Assembly (NCBI GenBank): GCA_963788685.1
Contig: CAWBHP010000012.1
Span: 5,574 to 69,573 of the forward strand
Source of the DNA: an uncultured Chloroflexia bacterium
GTDB lineage: Bacteria > Chloroflexota > Limnocylindria > Limnocylindrales > CSP1-4
Reading direction: 5' to 3'
DNA: 64,000 bases
Shown here: positions 8,960 to 17,884 of the stretch, in pieces
Layout: each line of letters starts with the position of its first letter
How positions within the stretch are numbered: the first letter of the stretch is position 1
Notes under the pieces: model-generated
What the model was told of the DNA's origin: nothing
What the model saw: only the letters and a program-made list of their open reading frames with translations
The model's database searches: none
Program-made: the position numbers and the translations under genes

Positions 8960-10996
8960 GTGCACCTCTACCAGGGGACCAGCCAGCAGTTCATCGCCGA
9001 TGCGACGCAGGCGCGGCTCGCGAACCAGGTCGCTGAGCGCTTCTTTCACGAATTCCGGTACAAGCCCGGGCCGTCCGAGGTCAGGTCGTGGCAGAACTCC
9101 CTTGGCGCGATGGCGAATGTCCTCCAGCTGGCCGATCTCCGCGACCAGGGGATCCTCGTCGAGCTCAAGCTGCCGCTCTCGTCGAAGCGCCTGGATGTCC
9201 TGATCACGGGGCAGAACCCAACAACCGGCGACGCGGCCGTCGTCGTTGAGCTCAAGCAATGGACCCAGGTCGGCCGATCCAACATCACCGACTGCGTCAC
9301 GATCGAGATGGGCGGCCGCGAGCGGGACCACCTCCACCCGTCGCGCCAGGTCGCCCAATACCAGCGCTACCTGCTCGACACCCACCCGGCGTTCACCGAG
9401 GGCGGCGTCTCGCTCGACGCGTGCGCGTACCTCCACTACGCGACCCACGACCCGTCGTCGCCGCTCTATGGCAAGGACTTCGCGGCACTCCTGGCGACGA
9501 ACCCATCGTTCTCGGGCGACGAGACGGACCAGCTCGCGACCTACCTCGACGATCGCGTCGCCGGCCCGGACGAGGGCGGTGCCATCCTCGATCGGGTCGC
9601 CAACTCGGCCTTCCGCCCGCACAAGCGCCTGCTCGACCACGTCGCGCGAGTCATCCGCAACGAGCCGGTCTTCACGCTCCTCGACGAACAGCAGGTCGCC
9701 TACAACGCGATCATGGATTCGGTCCGATCGGCCGGCCAGAACCAACACAAGGTCGCGTTCATCGTCGCCGGCGGGCCCGGGACCGGGAAGTCGGTCCTCG
9801 CGGTCAACCTCGTCGCGGAACTCGCGTCGCTCGGACTCAGGACGATCCACGTCACCGGCTCGAAGGCGTTCACCGAGAACCTGCGCAAGATCGTCGGCGG
9901 CCGGGCGAGCGTCTTGTTCAAGTACTTCCGCGACACCGCGACCGTCGACGAGCCGATGGACGTCGTCATCCTCGACGAGGCCCACCGGATCCGATCGGTC
10001 AGCACGAGCCGCTTCACGCCGGCGACGGCGCGCACGGGCAAGACCCAGATGGAGGACATCCTCGACTCGACGCGGGTGTCGGTGTTCTTCATCGACGACC
10101 TCCAGGTCGTCCGACCCGGCGAGACCGGCAGCACCGATTCGATCCGCGAGGAGGCCGCCAAGCGCGGCCTCGAGGTCCGCGAGTTCGAGCTCGAGGCGCA
10201 GTTCCGATCGAACGGCTCGGACTCGTTCATCCGCTGGATCGACAACACGCTCGAACTCGATCGGACGCCGCAGGTCCTCTGGCCGATGGACGACGACTTC
10301 GACTTCCGGATCGTCGGCAACGTCCGCGAGCTCGACCAGATGATCCGCGCCAAGGCAGGGGAGGGGGCCACCGCCCGACTCGTCGCCGGCTTCTGCTGGC
10401 CGTGGTCCGACCCCGACGACGTCGGCGAGCTCGTCCCGGACGTCAGGGTAGGGGACTGGTCGATGCCCTGGAACGCGAAGTCGGACGCGCGGAAGCTCGG
10501 GCCCGGGATCCCGAAGTCGGACTTCTGGGCGAGCGCGAAGGAGGGGATCGACCAGGTCGGCTGCGTCTACACCGCGCAGGGCTTCGAGTTCGACTACGTC
10601 GGCGTGATCTTCGGCCCCGACCTCGTCTACCGGCCGATGGATGGGGGATGGGTCGGCCAGCGCGACCAGTCGCACGACCGCGTCGTCCGCAGCGGCGTCA
10701 CCGAGCAGCAGTTCACCGACTTCGTCAAGAGCACCTACCGCGTCCTGCTGACCCGCGGCCTCCGCGGCTGCTACGTCTACTTCATGGACGCGCCAACGCG
10801 GGACTTCTTCCTGAGCCGAATAGAGCGCGCAGCCCCCCGGAACCGGTTAGTCCCGAACACGAGCAACCGTACGGATCGTGAGTCGGCTCGACATCGGCGA
10901 CCTTGCCGACACAGCGCTCCTGAAAGCCGTCTGGAAGCGCCGCTTGCGTCGGCGCCTCAAAACAACTCGATTTCGGGACATGGAGCTAGCCCGTGA
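8960..10996 (+). CDS. DUF2075 (Schlafen group 3-like) PD-(D/E)xK nuclease-helicase fusion
   Basis: N-terminal E..KRLD...VVELKQW nuclease motif, Walker A GGPGTGKS, Walker B VILDEAHR, late motifs YTAQGFEFDY and YRVLLTRG; GTG start at 8960. The true stop may be near 10850. Confidence 0.88.
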   Translation: MHLYQGTSQQFIADATQARLANQVAERFFHEFRYKPGPSEVRSWQNSLGAMANVLQLADLRDQGILVELKLPLSSKRLDVLITGQNPTTGDAAVVVELKQWTQVGRSNITDCVTIEMGGRERDHLHPSRQVAQYQRYLLDTHPAFTEGGVSLDACAYLHYATHDPSSPLYGKDFAALLATNPSFSGDETDQLATYLDDRVAGPDEGGAILDRVANSAFRPHKRLLDHVARVIRNEPVFTLLDEQQVAYNAIMDSVRSAGQNQHKVAFIVAGGPGTGKSVLAVNLVAELASLGLRTIHVTGSKAFTENLRKIVGGRASVLFKYFRDTATVDEPMDVVILDEAHRIRSVSTSRFTPATARTGKTQMEDILDSTRVSVFFIDDLQVVRPGETGSTDSIREEAAKRGLEVREFELEAQFRSNGSDSFIRWIDNTLELDRTPQVLWPMDDDFDFRIVGNVRELDQMIRAKAGEGATARLVAGFCWPWSDPDDVGELVPDVRVGDWSMPWNAKSDARKLGPGIPKSDFWASAKEGIDQVGCVYTAQGFEFDYVGVIFGPDLVYRPMDGGWVGQRDQSHDRVVRSGVTEQQFTDFVKSTYRVLLTRGLRGCYVYFMDAPTRDFFLSRIERAAPRNRLVPNTSNRTDRESARHRRPCRHSAPESRLEAPLASAPQNNSISGHGASP

Positions 10997-12690
10997 CCCA
11001 CTCGAGTACCTAGGCCTTGAACGGGTACTCAATTCAGCGATCGAGGACCTCGTCCAGCAATTGCGTGATGGGTCCTACCGCCCACGGGCTCCAGAGTGGA
11101 TCCGGACGGCCAAGCGGGTGGGCCTAACTCGTCCACTGGCGTTTCTTTCGCCTCGAGATCAATTGGTCTTCAAGACGATCGTTGCATTGGCCGAGAATGA
11201 CCTACTCCTTGGAAGTCCCAAATGGACCCGACTTGGGCGCGCCGACCCCGGGAACGAGGACGACGACACCACGCTAGCTGAGAGTGGTTGGTTTCGATCT
11301 TGGCTCCGCCGCCAGGGCCAGCTTTGGGTCATCGACGAAACGTACGACTGGCTAGTCGAAAGCGATGTATCGAACTTCTTTCCATCAGTTCAGATCCAGG
11401 ATGTCTGCGCGTTCGTCCAGGACAACTCTCGCCTTGGAAATCGGTCTCATTCGCCTCCTTGAATACATGCTTCAGACGTTCTCCCCAATGGCCGCCTACC
11501 GCCCCTCTCGAGTAGGAGGATTACCGCAGGAGGGTTTTGACGTCAGCCGCGTGTTGGCGCACCTCTACCTTCGTCCATTGGACGAAGAGTTCGACTCCGA
11601 GGGTCAGGACGGGCGATACACGCGATGGGTAGACGACATCGCTGTGGGCGCAGATACGTGGGACGAGGCGCTCCGCATTGTCCAACGAATTCAATCGACG
11701 CTCGAAGGAATCGGCCTGTACCCGAACTCCGCTAAGACCCGCATCATTTCAGGTGGCGTATTCAGCCGCGAATACATGAAGTCCGAGAACGATTGGCTTG
11801 GAGAATTTGAAGACACCATCAAGTCCGGTGTACCGGACATCCCGGAATTTGGACGCCGGCTGCGGCGCCACCTCGAACGAGAGGATCGCCCTCGAGCATG
11901 GCCGCGGGTTCTGAGGAGGTACTACACGTATTCCCGACGCCTCAGGCATCCCTACCTTCTTGAAAAGTGGCCCAGCCATATTGATGATTCGCCAGACTCT
12001 GCTCGTTCGATGTTCGACTATCTCGCCACGTACCGCCTAACCGCGGCTCGGTTCAACCGCCTACTTGTCGTGCTCGATCGTTTCGGAACGGTCTACGAGG
12101 ACATTGAAATCCTCGCGCATGAGTACCTTGCGCTCGCTCCGTCGGTCGACTCGGTCCGGATCAACGGGCTGATTGCGGACTGGGCCTACGGGATCGTCGA
12201 ACGCGAGGCCGTACCCAGGCCGAGGATCGCCGCGGCGGCTTGCGTCACGCTCGGAAAGTTCGCAGATGGCCCTCGCCTGGATCAGCTCGCCCGGCTGTAT
12301 GGCAGGTGGAAGCGCGATACCGTTCTTAGAACTCAAACTGCAACGATCCTTCTAGCGGCCGGGCGAATTGATATGGCAGAGGTAACCCGCCTTCTCGGCC
12401 GATCGCAACTCGAGACCATCGAGAATCTTGAGTTCCTCATTGCCGTCGCCGGCGGCGAAAAGCAAGCCGTAGGCATGGCGCTGTCCGCCATGGAACCGGT
12501 CAAGAAGTACGGCCCGGATCGGGTCATGACCAAGCCGCGACTTATGTTCCTTGCGCCGTTGCTTAGAGCATCCGCACCTAGCCAATGGACAGCTATTTCT
12601 GGCCGATGGAAGAGGTCGCTTGGATCTAACCCGGACGGGCTTCGCGACCATGTTGCTGAGCGATGGTTATTCGGAGATTGGCCCTCGTGA
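10878..12690 (+). CDS. Reverse transcriptase of the UG/Abi (defence-associated) type with a helical C-terminal domain; one frameshift near 11440
   Basis: ORFs 10878..11462 and 11365..12690 join to about 600 aa with RT motifs KRVGLTRPL, SDVSNFFPSV (motif A), GLPQEGFDVSRVLAHLYL (motif B), YTRWVDD (motif C) and GLYPNSAKT; no intron maturase or HNH domain; about 300-aa helical tail. Confidence 0.88.
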
Positions 12691-12727
12691 CGCTTCAATG
12701 CGTGCGGCGATGGTTAGGGTGGGGAAG

Positions 12728-13918
12728 ATGGACCTAGAGGAGGCGCTCGAGCAGTTCGATCTCACCGCGGCGAACCTGTCGCGGTTAGAGGAGGTCTGGT
12801 CGGAGCTGGAGGGCCTAATCCCGACCGGAATCGCGTTCCTTGACGCCGGTCCGGAAGGGCGTCGCTATCGAGAGTTGACACGAGCCTATAGCGAGATCGC
12901 AAGCGCACTGCCTGCAATCTCAGGCTACCGAGTTGAGGTGACTCCGATGGAACTCAACGCGATCGGCCATGCCCGGCTTGACGCGGCGGAGCTAGGAGAG
13001 CCGTGGATCGAAGTGTCTCTAGAAGAGGACATTTACGGCCCGTCGAAGGCGATCGAGGAGTACCGCTTCCGGTTTGAGCGCGCCCGTCGCGATCTTGTGC
13101 GTGACCACGTGTCACGACTGTCCTCCGAGGTCGCCCAACACCTCGCGGAGTTGGCTGACGCCTACCCCTCGGATGGGATAAAGATTGAAGACCCTCGTAT
13201 CGCAAGCGTGAGGGGGGCGATTCGCCAAGTCGAGCGCCTTGCGGGCGACCAGGTCCCACGGACCAAGGCGTGGTCTGATCTCCTCCGGCACCTCGGATTC
13301 CACGAGGGCCAGGACATTCACGCCATGGCAACGGTCGATTGGCCAAGCGTGAGTGCTGACCTCGCGAGGGCGCTCTACACGGAGCTTGAGCCGCTACCCG
13401 TTGCCACCAGAGACCTTGATGACGTGCTTCGATCGAAGCCCCAAGGAAGCGTCTCGATCGACCTGCAATGGGCTGATCTCTCTCCTGACGACTTTGAGCG
13501 CGTCATCTTCAACCTCATCAGTGCGGCGGATGACTATGAGAACGCCCAGTGGTTGACGCCAACGAATGCCCCCGATCGCGGGCGTGACCTCGCGGCCGAG
13601 CACGTGCGGAGCGACACGCTCAGCGGCCCATCGCGCGAGCGCGTAATCGTGCAGGCACGCCACTGGTTGCAGAAGTCGGTCGGGCTTCCTCAAGTTCGAC
13701 AGCTCCTTGATCAGATGAAGTTATGGGAGCCTCCTCCCGTGCACACGCTGGTCATCGCGACCAGCGGACGGTTCACGACAGATGCCGTCTCGTGGATCGA
13801 GCGACACAACAATGCCGATGACCGACCGGTAATTGTCATGTGGCCGAACAGTCACCTAGAGACCTTGGTCGCGAGACGCCCTGAGCTGTCGGCGCTGTTC
13901 CCGCGTCGCAACCGGTAG
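12728..13918 (+). CDS. Mrr-like (Mrr_cat) restriction endonuclease with a long helical N-terminal domain
   Basis: C-terminal WADLSPDDFERVIFNL...PDRGRDL...IVQARHW...LVIATSGRFTTDA...MWPNSHLE matches the Mrr catalytic domain layout. Confidence 0.85.
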   Translation: MDLEEALEQFDLTAANLSRLEEVWSELEGLIPTGIAFLDAGPEGRRYRELTRAYSEIASALPAISGYRVEVTPMELNAIGHARLDAAELGEPWIEVSLEEDIYGPSKAIEEYRFRFERARRDLVRDHVSRLSSEVAQHLAELADAYPSDGIKIEDPRIASVRGAIRQVERLAGDQVPRTKAWSDLLRHLGFHEGQDIHAMATVDWPSVSADLARALYTELEPLPVATRDLDDVLRSKPQGSVSIDLQWADLSPDDFERVIFNLISAADDYENAQWLTPTNAPDRGRDLAAEHVRSDTLSGPSRERVIVQARHWLQKSVGLPQVRQLLDQMKLWEPPPVHTLVIATSGRFTTDAVSWIERHNNADDRPVIVMWPNSHLETLVARRPELSALFPRRNR

Positions 13919-13925
13919 CCCGGCG

Positions 13926-13955
13926 GGCAGACGCAACTAACGGGCATCCGGTAGC
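13926..13955 (-). repeat. Highly degenerate copy of the dif-like site
   Basis: GGCAGACGCAACTAACG-GGCATCCGGTAGC aligns with 14064-14094 at 24 of 31 positions with one gap. Confidence 0.45.
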
Positions 13956-14063
13956 CGTGGACCGGCCTCGTCGAGCCAGCATCCAATCGCAGGATCCGTC
14001 CGCTGGGAAGGCTTCGACGGCCGGGCCCGACAGACCTTGAGGCACATCCACTCACGTGTGCGT

Positions 14064-14094
14064 GGCAGACATAACTCACGCGGCAACCGGAAGT
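14064..14094 (-). repeat. Degenerate dif-like (Xer) site: XerD-type arm and spacer kept, XerC-type arm altered
   Basis: GGCAGACATAA CTCACG CGGCAACCGGAAGT versus TGCAGACATAA CTCACC TTATCGGAAGT at 15134. Confidence 0.65.
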
Positions 14095-14114
14095 AGGCGG
14101 CCAGAACGACTGAT

Positions 14115-14266
14115 GCCCGCACGTGCTGCGGGGACAGCAGCCCACGCCGGTCGTCCGGTCGTCCGAGAGACCGCGCCCGGCATCAAAGGCCGTCCGTGGC
14201 GAGGGCCGGCCGCGCAAGCGTCTTCGCAGCGAACTCAAGCGAATGTCTCGAGCGCGAGCGGGCTGA
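14115..14266 (+). pseudogene. Degenerate second copy of the 3' end of hslR
   Basis: Aligns with about 4290-4434 (CGCGCCCGGCATCAA, GAGGGCCGGCCG.GCAAGCGTCTTCGC, same GGCTGA stop); has an 8-bp internal duplication and a 1-bp insertion. Confidence 0.8.
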
Positions 14267-14342
14267 TGCTGATCGGTCGTGCCGAAGTCCCGCCTGAGAG
14301 TGCCGCGTGCCAAGGCCGGGAGCGCTGTGTATCGTGCACCGC

Positions 14343-15040
14343 GTGCCAGATCAGAAGCAGGCCACGCTGAATTGAGAGGGCGTTGTCCGTGCTGTCATCG
14401 CGTTCGTGGCGTTTGTGTTTGGTGTCTGGGCCTACGACCTAGTCGGGCCGATTGCAGGGACGCTCTCGCCGCTCATTCAGGCCGCGATCGTGACCGCGAT
14501 CGGGGCGACGGTGGCCGCTCTCGCGGCCCGGTATGCCGTCGTCAAAGCGTCGCAGCTCGCCGCCGCCGAGTCCCGCGAGGACCGACAACAAGCGCGCGAA
14601 GATCATTCGCGGACCGGGTGGCTAAGGTCGCGGCGAGACTGATGAATGCGGGCTTCGACCTCGCCGCGGCCGTGCAAGGGCACCTGGCCGATTGGCGGGA
14701 TGGGGAGCCCCACCTGACCGAAGTGCCTTCGATGGAAACCATCCGCCGCCTGGTGTTCGAACTTCGAATGATCGTTCGCACTGAGCGCACGTACCAAGCC
14801 GTCGTCGCCTACTCGCAGATGCTGTACGACGTTGCTGAATTCGACCACGATGCGGACGCCGGGCCGTCGCTCGACAAACCACGGCATGACGCCGTCCGGC
14901 TCGTGCGCGCGGTCTGGGAGCTGATCCGGGCCCGAAATGGATTCGCGGACCAGTTGAAGCGCAAGCCGTATCCCGCTGACATCGACGCGCGATGGGAAAT
15001 GACAACGGATCGTCTCCAGGAGGGCCCTAGTCGAGCTAGA
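14343..15040 (+). pseudogene. Membrane-anchored hypothetical protein, disrupted
   Basis: GTG start, in-frame TGA near 14373, two TM helices (VIAFVAFVFGVWAY; LIQAAIVTAIGATVAAL), a frameshift near 14610, then a helical domain in ORF 14279..15163; end uncertain. Confidence 0.45.
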
Positions 15041-15133
15041 GGACGCCGTGCGCGCCGAAACCAACCGGTCCAGGCTGCCGCGCGACCAGGCCGACTAGCC
15101 GAGAACGGCCCAAACGGGTCCACAGTTCGGCAT

Positions 15134-15161
15134 TGCAGACATAACTCACCTTATCGGAAGT
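15134..15161 (-). other. dif-like XerCD recombination site (candidate chromosome dimer-resolution site)
   Basis: The minus strand reads ACTTCCGATAA GGTGAG TTATGTCTGCA: 11-6-11 layout with ATAA/TTAT inner ends. The left arm resembles Bacillus dif ACTTCC...AA and the right arm starts with the conserved TTATGT. Confidence 0.75.
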
Positions 15162-15245
15162 GATATCGCAAGGGTGAGATAGCTGGAAACGCCCCGGTGC
15201 GCATGACGCGCTGTAACGAGCCCGCCCCGGATGCGTCTCCAGGTC

Positions 15246-16181
15246 ATGCGTCCTCGATCCGCGATCTCGATCCTGATCCTGATCTCCGTCGTCGCCCTCG
15301 GAGCGTGCGCGAGCCCGGCCCAGGGCGACATCGAGCGCGGCCAGGAGCTGCTCGGCGCGAACAAGCGTGAGGAAGCCTTCGCCGCGTTCGACGCCGCCGT
15401 CGCTCTCGACCCCCAGAACGCTGTCGCATTCGCCGGGCGTGGCTGCTCCAGGCCCTTGCCGGACACAGTGGCGGCGATCTCCGACCTGGACCGGGCAATC
15501 CAACTCGACCCGACGAGTGCCGACGCCTATCGCTGTCGTGCAGAAGCGCACCGTGCTGCCGGGGACCGCGTGGCCGCGCTCGCGGACGCGCGGCAGGCTC
15601 TCGACCTCGGACCATCCCATGCATACACGCACGTCACGCTCGGGAATGTCCTCGACGACCTGGGTCGAACGGCCGAGGCCATCGTGGAATACGACAAGGC
15701 GATCGAGCTCGAACCGACGCTGGCCAACGTCTACAACCAGCGAAGCATCGCCCGCAACCGACTCGGTGACGAAGCCGGCGCCGCGGCCGATGTCGACAAG
15801 GCGATCGAGCTCGATCCCGACTATGGCCCGGCGTACGCCGTCCGAGCGATGTCGTCGGTCTTCGACGGCGACTGCACGAGTGCGCTCGCAGATGCCGAGA
15901 AGGCGATCGCGCTCGATCCCGAGTTCCCGAGCGGGTACGGCGCTCGCGCCATCTGTCGGAGCGAGGCGGGCGACCTGGACGGAGCGCTGGCCGACGCGGA
16001 CCAGGCGATTGCCCTTGGCCGGATCGACGCCTTCGCCTACTTGGTTCGCGGCGTGGTCCGGGCCGACCGCGGCGACGAGGACGAGGCCCGCGCCGACCTC
16101 CTCCGTGCGATCGACCTGGCACCGACAGCCGAGTTTGTCGCCGAGGTCCGCACGATGATGGCCGAGTACGGCCTCGACTGA
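15246..16181 (+). CDS. TPR-repeat lipoprotein
   Basis: Lipobox ALGAC; many TPR units (A..D...AI.LDP...AY..R). Confidence 0.9.
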   Translation: MRPRSAISILILISVVALGACASPAQGDIERGQELLGANKREEAFAAFDAAVALDPQNAVAFAGRGCSRPLPDTVAAISDLDRAIQLDPTSADAYRCRAEAHRAAGDRVAALADARQALDLGPSHAYTHVTLGNVLDDLGRTAEAIVEYDKAIELEPTLANVYNQRSIARNRLGDEAGAAADVDKAIELDPDYGPAYAVRAMSSVFDGDCTSALADAEKAIALDPEFPSGYGARAICRSEAGDLDGALADADQAIALGRIDAFAYLVRGVVRADRGDEDEARADLLRAIDLAPTAEFVAEVRTMMAEYGLD

Positions 16182-16355
16182 CGGCGGGCCGCGCGCCCTG
16201 GGAGGCCCTTCCGTCCCGCGCCGTGACACCGGCGAGACAGCCGGGACTAGACTGGCCTCGATAGGGCGCTGAGCGCGCCCGGGGGAGCCCCGGCGCCAAG
16301 GGGAAGGCGCCCGCGCATGCGGCGGCCAGCCGCATCCGGGCCGGGAGGGACACGG

Positions 16356-17795
16356 ATGAAACGGCTCCTCGCGCTCATCGCGTCGCTCGTGCTCGTCGCG
16401 GCCCTGCCCGCCGCGGCGTCGGCCGGGCGGGTGACCAGGTTCACCGACCACAACGTCAACATGTTCTGCGAGGGCATATCGGCCACCAGCGGAGGCGGCT
16501 TCGCGTTCTTCTCGGCCAGCGTGTCGGACCAGTTCGGGAGCGACGCCTTCATCGACTTCTGGTCGAGCGGCGAGCCGTCCGGCCCACCGGACCTGTTCCG
16601 TGATCCGGACCAGGCGGCCGTCGTCACCTGGAACGGCAGCGTCCTGTCAGGCTCGATCCCGCTCGTGAACGGCAGCGGCGGCGCGGCCGGCTCGGCGACG
16701 TTCTCGGCGACGCTCACGCCCTGCGGGCGATCCGTTTCCGTTCGACGACCGCTTCCGCGACGGCAACACGTGGCACCACTTCACCGGCGTCAGCCAGCCG
16801 ATGCAGACGAGCGGCACGCTGTCGGTCGGTGGTTCGACGTTCTCGCTCGAAGGGTGCTTCGCGGACGAGACGACGGTCACGGTGTTCGAGACGAACCCCC
16901 GCTCGTTCGTCGGCCACTTCTCGAACCGCGACGTCGGCTGCGACCTGACGAACGCCAGCGGCGACACGGGCTTCCTGTTCACGAGCCTCGAAGAGGGCGA
17001 GGTGTTCATCGATTCGGGCGCGTTCCCAGCGAACGGCGCGGTCGGCACCGGGCGCCGTCGGCAGCGCGACGCTCAGCAACGGCGTCCTCGACGCGACGCT
17101 TGAGACCTACAACATCGAAACGGGCGAGCCCCTCCCCGGCATCGCGACGATCCATCTCGAGATCGTGGGTTCGGGCGAGCCGTTCGAGTACCTGCTCAAG
17201 TACGCGACCGGCCGCGAGGTCGCGCAGGGCGTGATCCTCGACCTCGAGGGCACCCTCACGATCGGGGCGATCCACGTTCGATCTCGGCGACTGCTTCGGG
17301 GTCGACGGCCGAACGAAGGTCATCGATACGTTCCCGAGCGGGCCGAAGCCCGGCGGCAAGGTCCCCGCGAACGACCTGCCCGGCGGGGCGAAGCTCCTGA
17401 CCGTCGGCTCGAAGACGTCGGTCGCGACGAAGGGCGCGTCACCCGATCGCGAGGCGCCGTACGAGTGCCTCACCCTCGAAGAAGATGGTGGTGTCTTCGA
17501 GGTTCCCGTCGGTAGCACGGTCTGGTACAGGATCGTGGGGACCGGCGGTCCGATCACGGTCGATACGGCCGGCAGCGACTACGACACCGTCATCGCCGTC
17601 TACACATCCAACGGCTCGGGCGGCTTCACGCCGGTGCCGGGGGCGTGCCTCGACGATGTGCCGATCCAGCCGATCGGCCGCACGCTCCAGGCCGCCGTAA
17701 CCTGGAATTCGCTCGCCGGGACGACCTACTACGTCCAGATCGGCGGCTATCCACAGTCCTTCACGTACGGCAACCTGCGGGTGGCGGTTCGCTGA
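16356..17795 (+). CDS. Secreted beta-rich hypothetical protein with a C-terminal PPC-like domain; several frameshifts
   Basis: Signal peptide MKRLLALIASLVLVAALPAAASA; ORF pieces 16317.., 16801.., 17165.., 17535.. are contiguous; C-terminal TAGSDYDTVIAVY...AGTTYYVQIGG. Confidence 0.6.
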
Positions 17796-17884
17796 CGGAA
17801 ACCGCACCTCCGGACGGAGACGTATAAGGGGATGTCGGCCGAGAGCCTGCCGGCATCCCCTGCTCCACAGAGAGGTTTTGCATC

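Noticed and set aside
11430-11462. Programmed ribosomal frameshift in the RT
   Set aside because: No canonical slippery heptamer, and similar indels pervade essential genes in this window.
10878-12690. RT as a group II intron, retron or DGR
   Set aside because: No maturase or HNH domain or intron domain V, no VTG retron motif or upstream msr/msd space, and no TR/VR repeat pair or avd gene.
14373-14375. In-frame TGA or TAA in island genes as stop-codon recoding
   Set aside because: Core genes use TGA, TAG and TAA as normal stops, and the affected genes also carry frameshifts, so decay is the simpler explanation.
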